DNA of 64,000 nt from Solirubrobacteraceae bacterium (GTDB lineage Bacteria; Actinomycetota; Thermoleophilia; Solirubrobacterales; Solirubrobacteraceae): positions 6,494-70,493 of the forward strand of contig DATLQS010000012.1 of the NCBI GenBank assembly GCA_035535075.1. Reading direction: 5' to 3'. Under the pieces are notes generated by a model that saw only the letters and a program-made list of their open reading frames with translations, was not told where the DNA came from and ran no database searches. Made by a program: the position numbers and the translations under genes. Of this stretch, positions 47,731 to 56,944 are shown piece by piece (within the stretch, counting starts at the first letter, position 1; the number at the start of each line of letters is the position of its first letter).

Positions 47731-48147
47731 CTAGCCTTCGGCGAGATCGTGGCGCCCAGCCGCCTCGAGCTGGGCCTTGTAGCGAGGGAACACGGGCTTG
47801 ACGAGCGGCACGAGCTTGAGGATCTTCGCGACCGGGCCCTTGGCCTTGATCTGGCCCCTGGCCAGGGCCATCGTCACGTTGACCTTGCCAAGCCAGAAGC
47901 GGTGGGCGACGTCGGCGTCCATCGTCATGATCACCTCGGGCTCGAGCTGCGTCGCGCCGAGGTCGACCTGCCCGTCCTCGTCCTCGAGCAGCTTGACCGT
48001 GATCTGCGACTCGGGCTTGTGGTAGCGGTACTGAACGACGGTGTTGGCCGTACGGAACTGCGGTGCCAGCTCCTCATCGGCGAGCAGGTCGAGGAACAGC
48101 TGGCCGAGGTAGCGGTAGACCTCCTGCTCATCGTTGAAGTAGGGCAC
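47731..48147 (-). CDS. SCP2 sterol-binding domain protein
   Basis: GTG 48147 lies 9 nt after AGGAG. 138 aa: DADVAHRFWLGKVNVTMALARGQIKAKGPV. Confidence 0.65.
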   Translation of the reverse strand: MPYFNDEQEVYRYLGQLFLDLLADEELAPQFRTANTVVQYRYHKPESQITVKLLEDEDGQVDLGATQLEPEVIMTMDADVAHRFWLGKVNVTMALARGQIKAKGPVAKILKLVPLVKPVFPRYKAQLEAAGRHDLAEG

Positions 48148-48211
48148 GCCCCGCGCTCCTGTCGCTTGCTTGCCACGGCAGTGTAGAGGCCGTGTCCCGA
48201 CCGCCAACCCG

Positions 48212-48244
48212 CGGTCCGCCGGCGGCGAAGCCGCGGGCGGACCG
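48212..48244 (-). terminator. 15-bp (one mismatch) GC hairpin between the GH15 gene and the SCP2 gene
   Basis: cggtccgccggcggc - gaa - gccgcgggcggaccg. Lies 30 nt downstream (minus sense) of the GH15 stop. No U-tract. Confidence 0.35.
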
Positions 48245-48273
48245 GGCGAGTCCGGGGTGGCCGCGCCGCGGGC

Positions 48274-50274
48274 CTACGCACCCAGCGGGGCCGACTCCTC
48301 GTCGCGGATCACGTGCAGCACCGCGTTGATCAACGCGAGATGGGTGAACGCCTGCGGGAAGTTGCCGAGGTGGCGCCCGCTCAGTGGATCGAGCTCCTCC
48401 GCGAACAGGTCCAGCGGCGAGGCGAGGGCGAGCAGGCGCTCGCAGAGCGCCCGTCCGCGCCGGCGCTCACCGATCTCCAGCAGTCCCGATACGAGCCAGA
48501 ACGAGCAGATCAGGAACGAGCCCTCGTGAGCGCCGGCCAGCCCGTCGTCGGTCTGGTCGGGGCGGTAGCGGAGCACGAGGCCCTGCTCGGTCAGTTCGTC
48601 CTCGATCGCCAGCACGGTCGCGCGCACGCGATGGTCCTCCGCGGGCAGGAAGCGCACGAGCGGGATCAGCAGGTTGGAGCCGTCGAGGGCGACGGTGTCG
48701 TAGTGCTGGACGAACACGCCGCGCTCGTCGACGCCGCGCTCGCAGATGTCGGCATGGATCTCGTTCGCGACCTCTCGCCAACGGTCGGCGAGCGCCTCGC
48801 GTCCACGGCGTGCCGCGAGCCGCGCGGCGCGGTCCATGGCGACCCAGCACATCAGCTTCGACGAAACGTAGTGGCGGGGCTCTCCGCGGGCCTCCCAGAT
48901 GCCGTGGTCGGCCTCGCGCCAGACGGCTGCCGCGCGATCGGCCTGCGCCTCGATCACCGGCCACAGGCGCTGCGAGCTGTGTCCGTACTGCTTGGTGTGA
49001 AGGTAGAGCGAGTCGAGCACCGCGCCATAGACGTCGTTCTGGCGCTGGCTGGCCGCGTCGTTGCCGATCCGCACCGGACGCGCCCCCTCGTAGCCCGTCA
49101 GATGGTCGAGCGTGTGCTCGGTGAGGTCGCGCTCACCGCCGACGCCGTACATGATCTGCAGCGAGCCGTCGGTGTTGCGCTCGAGGTCGGCGACGTACTG
49201 GATGAAGTCGTCGGCCTCCCAGCTCAGCCCCAACGACGAGAGCCCCCACAGCGTGAGCGTCGCGTCGCGCATCCAGGTGAAGCGATAGTCCCAGTTGCGC
49301 TCGCCGCCCGGCGTCTCCGGCAGCGAGGTCGTCGGTGCGGCGACGACGGCGCCGGTGGGCGCGTAGGTCAGGCCCTTGAGGACCAGCGCCGAGCGTTGCA
49401 GCTGCGCCCGCCAACGGTGGTCGGGGAAGTCGCCGGTGTCAAGCCAGTTGCGCCAGTACTCGGCGGTCGAGGCGAGGCTGTCGGCGGCCTGCGCATAGGT
49501 CTGCGGGCCGTCGAGCAGCCGTGACCACGACAGCGCGCAGAACCGGCGGTCGCCCTTGACGAGGCGGTGACGCGCGCGCGCCGAGCCGCCCTCGATCCCG
49601 AGCTGCAGATCGCTGTGCAGACGCAGGGTTCGCCCGGCCCCCTCGGCATCGAAGGCGCGCGGGTCGCCCTCGACCGGGCTCCAGACCCCGGGGGTTCGGC
49701 CATAGTCGAACATCGGCTCGCAGAGCAGCTCGACCTGGACCGAGCCGTGGAAACACTCGATCGTGCGAACGAGCACGTGGTAGGCGTCGTGGTCGGCCGG
49801 CGGCCGCGTGTGCGCCGTCGCCGAGCCCATCTCGCGCGCGCGCCAGGGGCCGAGGATCAGCGCCTCGCGAACGACGGCCCAGCCGGTCGGCGTCTGCCAG
49901 GTCGTCTCGAGCACGTTGGTGCCCGGCTCATAGCGGCGGCCGGCCGGAACTCCCATCCCTGAGGGACCGAGCCGGAACCCGCCGGCGCCGCGGTCGAGAA
50001 TCGCCGCGAACACGCTCGGCGAGTCAAAGCGCGGCGGGCAGAGCCATTCGACGGTCCCGTCCGGGGCAACCAGCGCCGCGGTATGGCAGTCGGAGAGGAA
50101 CGCGTAGTCGGCGATCGGCGGGAACGGCGAAGTGCGCGCGACCCGGTCGTCGAACGGCGTCGCCGTCGTGCGCGGGCGATCCCATGGATCCATTGCGCCC
50201 GCGCGCCGCAGGCTCGGCACCGGATCCGGCGTGCGCGGTCCGTGGGTCGTGTCGGTTTGACGCGTGTCGGCCAT
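48274..50274 (-). CDS. glycoside hydrolase family 15 protein (glucoamylase/trehalase-like), copy 1
   Basis: 666 aa: FPPIADYAFLSDCHTAALVAPDGTVEWLCPPRFDSPSVF, ERNWDYRFTWMRDA, FLICSFWLV and GNFPQAFTHLALI. Confidence 0.88.
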   Translation of the reverse strand: MADTRQTDTTHGPRTPDPVPSLRRAGAMDPWDRPRTTATPFDDRVARTSPFPPIADYAFLSDCHTAALVAPDGTVEWLCPPRFDSPSVFAAILDRGAGGFRLGPSGMGVPAGRRYEPGTNVLETTWQTPTGWAVVREALILGPWRAREMGSATAHTRPPADHDAYHVLVRTIECFHGSVQVELLCEPMFDYGRTPGVWSPVEGDPRAFDAEGAGRTLRLHSDLQLGIEGGSARARHRLVKGDRRFCALSWSRLLDGPQTYAQAADSLASTAEYWRNWLDTGDFPDHRWRAQLQRSALVLKGLTYAPTGAVVAAPTTSLPETPGGERNWDYRFTWMRDATLTLWGLSSLGLSWEADDFIQYVADLERNTDGSLQIMYGVGGERDLTEHTLDHLTGYEGARPVRIGNDAASQRQNDVYGAVLDSLYLHTKQYGHSSQRLWPVIEAQADRAAAVWREADHGIWEARGEPRHYVSSKLMCWVAMDRAARLAARRGREALADRWREVANEIHADICERGVDERGVFVQHYDTVALDGSNLLIPLVRFLPAEDHRVRATVLAIEDELTEQGLVLRYRPDQTDDGLAGAHEGSFLICSFWLVSGLLEIGERRRGRALCERLLALASPLDLFAEELDPLSGRHLGNFPQAFTHLALINAVLHVIRDEESAPLGA

Positions 50275-50330
50275 CCAGCGCTACACGATGACAGGGCCGA
50301 ACCGGCGCGTCACCCGGCGCACGTTTTGGT

Positions 50331-52289
50331 TCAGCCGCCGTCGTTGATCACGTGCGCGACCGCGTTGATCAGCGCGAGGTGCGTGAACGCCTGGGGGAAG
50401 TTGCCGAGGTGACGGCCGCTGCGCGCGTCGAGCTCCTCGGCGTAGAGCCCGAGCGGCGAGGCGAGCGACAGCAGCCGCTCGCAGAGCGCGCGGGCACGCG
50501 CGCGTTCGCCGATTTCCGACAGCGCCGAGACCATCCAGAACGAGCAGATCAAGAACGTGCCCTCTTCACCGCCGCCCAGGCCGTCGTCGGTTTCCTCCGT
50601 GCGGTAGCGCATCACCAGCCCGTGGTCGTTCAGCTCGTCGGCGATCGCCAGCACCGTGGCGCGCACGCGCTCGTCGTCGGCCGGCAGGAACCGCACGATC
50701 GGGATCAGCAGGTTCGACGCGTCGAGCGCCGTCGTGTCGTAGTGCTGGACGAACACGCCACGCTCGTCGACGCCGCGCGCGAGAATGTCCTCGCGGATCC
50801 TGTCGGCGCCGGCCTGCCAGCGCTCGGCGAGCTCGGGCTCCCCGCGCAGCTCGGCGAGCCGCGCCCCGCGATCGAGCGCGACCCAGCACATCAGCTTGGA
50901 AGACACGTAATGGCGCGGCGCGCCGCGAGCCTCCCAGATCCCCTGGTCCGGGCGGCGCCACACCCGCGACGCACACGCCACCTGGGCGCTGAGCACCGGC
51001 CACAGTCGATCCTGGATGTGATCGTGGCGCTTGGTGTGCAGATAGACCGAGTCGAGCACCGCGCCGAAGACATCGTTCTGGCGCTGGTTGTAGGCGCCGT
51101 TGCCAACGCGCACCGGCCGCGACCCGAGGTAGCCCTTGAGATGACGCAGCGTCGTCTCCTTGAGACTCCGCTCCCCGCCGATCCCGTACATGATCTGCAA
51201 CGAGCCGTCCTTGTTGCGCGGCAGGTCGGCGAGGTACTCCATGAAGTCGTTGGCCTCCCAGTCGAGATCGAGGGCGTGCAACCCCCACAGCGTGAACGTG
51301 GCGTCACGCATCCAGCAGTAGCGGTAGTCCCAGTTGCGCTCCCCGCCCGGCGCCTCCGGCAGCGAGGTCGTGAGGGCGGCGACCATCGCGCCGGTCGGCG
51401 AGTAGGTGAGCCCCTTGAGCACCAGCGCCGAACGCTGCAGGAAGGCCCGCCACGGATGGTCGGGATAGGAGCCCGCGGCAAGCCATTCGCGCCAGTAGTG
51501 GGCGGTGCGAACCATGTGCCCGTGGGCCTGCTCGTGGGTTCGCGGCCCGCCCAGCTCGGCGGTCCATGACAACGCGCAGAAGCGCCGCTCGCCCTCGCGC
51601 ATCGTGTGACGGGCGTGGGCGCTCGGACCCTCGATCCCCATCCGCATGTCGCTCAGCAGCCGTACGGTCGTCTTGCCGTCGGTGGCGTCGAGGGCGTACT
51701 CCGGCTCCTTGGCCAGCGCCTTCCAGCGCGCCGGTGTCCGGCCGTAGTTGAACGCGGGCGAGCAGATCAGCTCGACCGGCACCTCGCCCTGCACGCACTC
51801 GATCGTGCGCACCAGCAGGGCCTCGGCGTCGTGGTCGGTCGGCGGGCGCGTGTGGGCGCCCTGCGGCTCGCTGCCGTGCCAGTCTCCGATCGTCATCGCA
51901 TCGCACACGACCAGCCAGCCCGTCGGCGTCATCCACGTCGTCTCGAGGACGTTGGTTCCGGGAAGGTAGCGGCGGCCGGCCGGGACGTCGACGCCGTAGG
52001 GGGCGAGGCGGAACGCGCCGGCGCTGCGGTCGAGCAGCGCGCCGAAGATGCTCGGGCCGTCGAAGCGCGGCAGGCACAGCCACTCCACCGATCCGTCCGG
52101 CGCGATCAGCGCCCCGGTGTGGCAGTCCGAGAGGAACGCGTAGTCGGCAATCGGCGGAAACGGCGAGCCGTTCCACTGCGCCGGGGTGATCGCAGGCCGG
52201 GTCTTGCGTGGAGTGTCGGAACCGCGCCGCACCGCAGCCGGTTTCGCGCGTGGCCGCCCCGCGACAGGCTTTCGAGGGGCAGCGGGCAT
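50331..52289 (-). CDS. glycoside hydrolase family 15 protein, copy 2 (tandem paralog)
   Basis: 652 aa, collinear with copy 1: FPPIADYAFLSDCHTGALIAPDGSVEWLCLPRFDGPSIF, ERNWDYRYCWMRDA, FLICSFWMV and GNFPQAFTHLALI. Confidence 0.88.
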   Translation of the reverse strand: MPAAPRKPVAGRPRAKPAAVRRGSDTPRKTRPAITPAQWNGSPFPPIADYAFLSDCHTGALIAPDGSVEWLCLPRFDGPSIFGALLDRSAGAFRLAPYGVDVPAGRRYLPGTNVLETTWMTPTGWLVVCDAMTIGDWHGSEPQGAHTRPPTDHDAEALLVRTIECVQGEVPVELICSPAFNYGRTPARWKALAKEPEYALDATDGKTTVRLLSDMRMGIEGPSAHARHTMREGERRFCALSWTAELGGPRTHEQAHGHMVRTAHYWREWLAAGSYPDHPWRAFLQRSALVLKGLTYSPTGAMVAALTTSLPEAPGGERNWDYRYCWMRDATFTLWGLHALDLDWEANDFMEYLADLPRNKDGSLQIMYGIGGERSLKETTLRHLKGYLGSRPVRVGNGAYNQRQNDVFGAVLDSVYLHTKRHDHIQDRLWPVLSAQVACASRVWRRPDQGIWEARGAPRHYVSSKLMCWVALDRGARLAELRGEPELAERWQAGADRIREDILARGVDERGVFVQHYDTTALDASNLLIPIVRFLPADDERVRATVLAIADELNDHGLVMRYRTEETDDGLGGGEEGTFLICSFWMVSALSEIGERARARALCERLLSLASPLGLYAEELDARSGRHLGNFPQAFTHLALINAVAHVINDGG

Positions 52290-52382
52290 GGCCGCCGAGA
52301 CTATCGCGGCACGCGGATGAGCGGAACTTCGCGCTGATGCGCCCGTTAGAGTGGATCAGAGTAGTCCGAGGACGCATCGCGC

Positions 52383-53876
52383 GTGGAAGCCTCAGCTCTC
52401 CCAACACGTCTGACTCGCAGCCGGGCCCCGCTCTCGGCCACGTTTCTGCGCCTGCGTTCCGACGAGCAGCTCGTGGCGCTCTTCCGCGCCGGCTCCGATG
52501 ACGCGTTTCGCGCGATCCACGATCGCTACCGCACGCGGCTGCTGGCCTACGCACGCCAGATGCTGCACGGCGCGGTCAGCGACCCCGAGGATGCCCTGCA
52601 GGACGTCTTCATGCGCGCCTATCGCGCGCTGCGGGCCAGCGACCGACCGGTGACGCTGCGGGCCTGGCTCTATCGCATCGCGCACAACCGCTGCATCGAC
52701 GAGTTGCGACGCCCCTGCCCGGTGCCGAGCGAGCTGGCCGCGGATGCCGAGCCGGCCTTCAGCGCTCCGCGCGCGGCGGCCGAGCCGCCCGCCGTCGCCG
52801 AGCGCAACGCCGCGCTCACGCGGCTCGTCGCGGACGTGCAGACGCTTCCGAGTCAGCAGCGCTCGGCGCTGTTGATGCGCGAGCTCCAGGGGATGAGCTA
52901 CGAGGAGCTCGGCAGCGCGCTCGGCGTTTCCGTGCCGGCCGTGAAGTCGCTGCTGCTGCGCGCCCGCACCGGCCTGATCGACCTCGCCAGCGCACGTGAC
53001 ACGCCGTGCGGCGACATCCGCGACGAGCTGATCGGCGCCGCCGACCGCAGCGTGCGAATCAGTGGGCGTGCCCGCCGTCACTGCGCCGAGTGCTCGAGCT
53101 GCGACGCCTACCGCCGGGAGCTCAAGCGAGTCCGTCGCGGCTTCGCAGCGCTCACGCCAGCCGGGCCGCTCGGTCAGCTCGGCGTGCTGCTTGGCATCGG
53201 CGGTGGCGGCGGAGCGGCCGCGGCCGGCGGTGGCGGGGCTGTCGCCGGCGGCGGCGCGCTGGCCGGCGCGACCGCCACCAAGATCGCTGTCGCGGTGTGT
53301 TGCGCCGCGCTGATCACAACCGCCGGACGAGCGGTGATCGCGCCGTCGCCGGCGCCGGTTCCGCACACGCACACTGCGCGGGCCCTGGCCGCCGCGCCGC
53401 CGGCCGGCCGCGCCGATGCGCCGTCGCCGGCGGTCCCGGCCCACGCCGGCTCGAGCGCCGCCCCCGCGCCCGGCAAGGACCCGCAGGGCCCTGGTGGAGC
53501 GGTGCTGCCCGCCGGGGCGACCGGTGACAGCGGACCGACCGGCGCCACCGGACCGACCGGCGACACCGGGGCGACGGGGAGCAGCGGCGACACCGGGGCG
53601 AGCGGCGTGTCGGGGCCAACCGGCGCCAGCGGAGCCACCGGCACGACGGGAGCAACCGCCGTCAACGGGATCGGCGGTGCCGGCGCCGCCGCCAGCGGAT
53701 CGACCGACGCCTCGGGCACGACCTCGCCGGACGGCGCCACCGGGGCCACCGGCGTCACCGGAGCGATCGGCGGATCCAGCGACGGCAGCGCGAGCCCGGC
53801 AACCGGCCCAACCGGGCCGACCGCGATCGCCGCCGGCGCCGCAGCGGTCGCTCCCGACGCCTGGCTTCGGCACTGA
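52383..53876 (+). CDS. ECF sigma factor fused to a ZAS anti-sigma domain, a Gly-rich membrane segment and an extracytoplasmic collagen-like Gly-X-Thr repeat
   Basis: 497 aa. Region 2 [14 protein letters not shown] ... [16 protein letters not shown]. Region 4 [37 protein letters not shown]3CX2C in [10 protein letters not shown]. Hydrophobic [15 protein letters not shown]. Then [31 protein letters not shown] ... Confidence 0.8.
   Translation: MEASALPTRLTRSRAPLSATFLRLRSDEQLVALFRAGSDDAFRAIHDRYRTRLLAYARQMLHGAVSDPEDALQDVFMRAYRALRASDRPVTLRAWLYRIAHNRCIDELRRPCPVPSELAADAEPAFSAPRAAAEPPAVAERNAALTRLVADVQTLPSQQRSALLMRELQGMSYEELGSALGVSVPAVKSLLLRARTGLIDLASARDTPCGDIRDELIGAADRSVRISGRARRHCAECSSCDAYRRELKRVRRGFAALTPAGPLGQLGVLLGIGGGGGAAAAGGGGAVAGGGALAGATATKIAVAVCCAALITTAGRAVIAPSPAPVPHTHTARALAAAPPAGRADAPSPAVPAHAGSSAAPAPGKDPQGPGGAVLPAGATGDSGPTGATGPTGDTGATGSSGDTGASGVSGPTGASGATGTTGATAVNGIGGAGAAASGSTDASGTTSPDGATGATGVTGAIGGSSDGSASPATGPTGPTAIAAGAAAVAPDAWLRH
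53514..53657 (+). repeat. in-frame collagen-like (GGN-NNN-ACN/AGC) triplet repeat
   Basis: 16 uninterrupted G-X-(T/S) triplets. Shorter runs follow near 53730..53770 and 53806..53823. Confidence 0.85.
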
Positions 53877-53886
53877 CCCGCGACGT

Positions 53887-54630
53887 TCAGGCGTGCGGCA
53901 GCCGGCCCTCGTCGGCGAGCTTCTGGAGGTGAGCCTCGAGCGTCGACGCGGCGGCCGCTCGCAGCGGCGCCGGCAGCCGCGGCCACACACGGTCGAGCAG
54001 CTCGTCGCGGTCTCGCAGGCCGTCGGACAGCGCCTCGAGCACCGCGCGCTCGCGTCGCAGGCGGTGCGCCAGATACTCGTCGAGCTTCCCCCGGGGGTCG
54101 GTGATCGGCGGACCGTGGCCGGGCAGGAGCAGCTCGAGGTCCTCCTCGCGCAGGCGCCGCAGCGCCGCGAGATAGCCGGCGAGCGCGCCCGGATAGGCGG
54201 CGAGGAACACGCTGCCCTCGCCGAGCACCGCATCGCCGGTGAAGCAGACACGGCCGGCGAGGAACGCCAGGTGGTCGGGCGTATGCCCGGGCGTCGAGAG
54301 CGCCGTCAGCGGCCCGACGACGACGCCGTCGGCGAGCGCGATCTCCGCGTCCGGACGCATCGCTGCCAGCGGCGCGCCGGTTCGCGCGCGCAGCTCGGCC
54401 ACGGCGCCGCTGTGGTCGCCGTGGTCGTGGGTCAGCAGGATCGCGCCGAGCCCGCCACGCGCGTCGACCTCGGCGAGCAGCGCGTCGAGGTGCCCGGCGA
54501 CCGCTGGGCCGGGGTCGACCACGTACGCCGGGTCGCGTCCGACGATCCAGCTGTTGGTGCCGCTCAGCGTGTAGGGGCCGGCGTTGGGCGCGCGCAGGTG
54601 CGCAATGTCGTGCGCGCGCGGCGCGGTCAG
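53887..54630 (-). CDS. MBL-fold metallo-hydrolase; apparent CTG start
   Basis: LLTHDHGDHSG (HxHxDH), STPGHTPDH and LLPGHGP. There is no ATG/GTG/TTG between the E2 stop and the conserved core. In-frame CTG 54630 overlaps the E2 TGA (CTGA). The N-terminal 163 codons of listed ORF 53887..55119 are antisense junk. Confidence 0.75.
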   Translation of the reverse strand: MTAPRAHDIAHLRAPNAGPYTLSGTNSWIVGRDPAYVVDPGPAVAGHLDALLAEVDARGGLGAILLTHDHGDHSGAVAELRARTGAPLAAMRPDAEIALADGVVVGPLTALSTPGHTPDHLAFLAGRVCFTGDAVLGEGSVFLAAYPGALAGYLAALRRLREEDLELLLPGHGPPITDPRGKLDEYLAHRLRRERAVLEALSDGLRDRDELLDRVWPRLPAPLRAAAASTLEAHLQKLADEGRLPHA

Positions 54631-55898
54631 AGCAACAGCCCGGCGGGACGCTCGAGCCGCTTGCGCACGGTGGCGAGAAAGTCGGCTGCGGCGGCGCCGT
54701 AGACGATCCGGTGGTCCGCCGAGATCGTCAGCTCCATCACCCGCCGGGCGCTCACGCTGCCGTCGGCTCCCACCACCGCGCGCGGGTTTGCCGCCCCGAC
54801 CGCCAGGATCGCGGCCTGCGGCGGGTTGATCACCGCGGTGAAGCGCGCCACCCCGAGCATGCCGAGATTGGAGACGGTGAACGTCCCGCCGGCCACCTCG
54901 GACGGGCTGACCGTCGCGTCGCGCACCTTCGCCGCGAGTTCGCGCGTGGTGAGCGCGATCTCGGTCAGCGACTTGGCGTCCGCGTCGAACACGGTCGGAA
55001 CGACGAGCGTCCCCTCGCTGGCCACCGCCATGCCGATGTTGACACGCCCGTAGCGCTCGAAGTGCCCATCGACGTAGGCGGCGTTGACACCGGGGTGCAC
55101 CCGCAATGCCAGTGCGCACGCCTTGATCACCAGATCGTTGAGCGACGGCAGCGGCTCCGCCTGCCCGCGGAGCTGCTCGCGCAGCTCGAACGCCGCCTCG
55201 GCATCGACCTCGACGGTGACCTGGAACTCGGGAATCGTCGCCTTGGCGCTCGCCATCCGGCGGGCGATCAGCTGCTGCGTGCGGTTCGGCTCGATCACCT
55301 CGACGGCGCCCTTGGCACCCGGTCCGGTGGCGTCCGCGGCTGCCGGCGGCGTGGCGGCCGCCGCTCCGTTGCCGGCGGCCACGACATCGGCCTTGACGAC
55401 CCGGCCGTCCGGCCCGCTGCCGACGACCCGCGCCAGATCGACGCCGAGCTCGGCGGCGATCCGTCGTGCCACCGGCGACGCCTTGACACGCCCTCCGGGC
55501 TCGGCGGGCGCGGCGACCTCGAGGGCGGGCTCGCGCTCAGCCGCGGCGGCGGCGGCCGGGACGAGCTCACGCTCGGCCTCCGCGGGCGCCTCCGCCGGCG
55601 CCGGCGGGGCTGCGGCGGGCGCTGCGGCGGCGGCGCTCTCGGCGACCGCCCCGGACGCCTCCTCCGGCGAGGCCACCATGTTGGCGATCACGGCGCCGAT
55701 CGCCAGGGTCTCCCCCTCGGCGGCGACGATCTGCAGGAACCCGGCGGCATCGGCCTCGTAGGTCATCGTGGCCTTGTCGGTCTCGATCTCGGCGATCGCC
55801 TCGCCCAGGCGAACCTCATCGCCGGACGACTTCAACCACTTGAGGATCGTCCCCTCCTCCATCGAGTCGGAGAGGCGAGGCATCACGACCTCGCTCAT
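54627..55898 (-). CDS. 2-oxo acid dehydrogenase E2 (dihydrolipoamide acyltransferase)
   Basis: ATG 55898 overlaps the E1beta stop (ATGA). Lipoyl motif AEIETDKATM, E3-binding-like domain ASPVARRIAAELGVDL and catalytic SADHRIVYG. Confidence 0.9.
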   Translation of the reverse strand: MSEVVMPRLSDSMEEGTILKWLKSSGDEVRLGEAIAEIETDKATMTYEADAAGFLQIVAAEGETLAIGAVIANMVASPEEASGAVAESAAAAAPAAAPPAPAEAPAEAERELVPAAAAAAEREPALEVAAPAEPGGRVKASPVARRIAAELGVDLARVVGSGPDGRVVKADVVAAGNGAAAATPPAAADATGPGAKGAVEVIEPNRTQQLIARRMASAKATIPEFQVTVEVDAEAAFELREQLRGQAEPLPSLNDLVIKACALALRVHPGVNAAYVDGHFERYGRVNIGMAVASEGTLVVPTVFDADAKSLTEIALTTRELAAKVRDATVSPSEVAGGTFTVSNLGMLGVARFTAVINPPQAAILAVGAANPRAVVGADGSVSARRVMELTISADHRIVYGAAAADFLATVRKRLERPAGLLL

Positions 55899-56944
55899 GC
55901 GCCGTGTCCCAGCGTCGCGAGCACCGCCGCCTCGATGCGGGCCTCGTTGGGCAGCGCAGCGTTCTCCAGCTCCTTGGCGTAGGGCATCGGAACCTCGGCC
56001 ATCCCGACACGCTCGACCGGCGCGTCGAGGTCGTCGAAGCACGCGTACTGGATCCGGGCCGCGAGTTCGGCGCTGACACCGTAGGTCGGCCAGCCCTCCT
56101 CGACGCACACGGCGCGGCTCGTCTTGGCCACCGACGCGGCGACCGTCTCGACGTCGAGCGGGCGCAGCGATCGCAGGTCGACGACCTCCGCGCTGATGCC
56201 GTGGTCGCGCTGCAGGCGCTCGGCGACGTGCAGGGCCCGCACCGTCGCGTAGGAATGGGCGACCAGCGTGATGTCGCTTCCTACGCGAGCGACGTTGGCG
56301 AGCCCGATCGGCGTAACGAATTCGGGGTCGAGCGGCACCTCGCCCCGCTCCTTGTAGATCGCCAGGTTCTCAACGACGAGCACCGGGTCATCATCGCGGA
56401 TCGCGGCCTTGAGCAGCCCCTTGGCGTCCGCGGGGGACGCCGGGGCGAGCACCTTCAGCCCCGGCGTCGAGGCGAACCACCCCTCGAAGGACTGCGAGTG
56501 CTGCGCGGTCAGCTGGTTGCCGGCGCCGTTGGGCGTGCGAATGACCAGCGGACAGCGCGCCTCGCCGCCGAACATCGCGCCGATCTTGGCGGCATGGTTG
56601 ATCACCTGGTCCATCGCGACGAGCAGGAAGTTGATCGTCATGATCTCGACGATCGGGCGCTCGCCGAGCATCGCCGCTCCCACGCCCGCGCCGACGAACC
56701 CCTCTTCGGAGATCGGCGTGTCGCGTACCCGCTCAGCCCCGAACTCCGCGAGCAGGCCGGCGGTGACCTTGTAGGCGCCGTCGAAGACGCCGACCTCCTC
56801 GCCCATCACGAAGACCCGCTCGTCGCGGAGCATCTCCTCGCGCATCGCGAGACGCAGCGCCTCACGGTAGGTCATCATCGCGAATCCCTCGGTGCCCGCG
56901 CCGCCCGAGGCCTCGACGCGGGGCGGTGTTTCGGTCGTGCTCAC
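55895..56944 (-). CDS. 2-oxo acid (pyruvate/acetoin/branched-chain) dehydrogenase E1 beta subunit
   Basis: 349 aa: MTYREALRLAMREEMLRDERVFVMGEEVG ... DTPISEEGFVG. GTG 56944 overlaps the E1alpha stop (GTGA). Confidence 0.9.
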   Translation of the reverse strand: MSTTETPPRVEASGGAGTEGFAMMTYREALRLAMREEMLRDERVFVMGEEVGVFDGAYKVTAGLLAEFGAERVRDTPISEEGFVGAGVGAAMLGERPIVEIMTINFLLVAMDQVINHAAKIGAMFGGEARCPLVIRTPNGAGNQLTAQHSQSFEGWFASTPGLKVLAPASPADAKGLLKAAIRDDDPVLVVENLAIYKERGEVPLDPEFVTPIGLANVARVGSDITLVAHSYATVRALHVAERLQRDHGISAEVVDLRSLRPLDVETVAASVAKTSRAVCVEEGWPTYGVSAELAARIQYACFDDLDAPVERVGMAEVPMPYAKELENAALPNEARIEAAVLATLGHGA

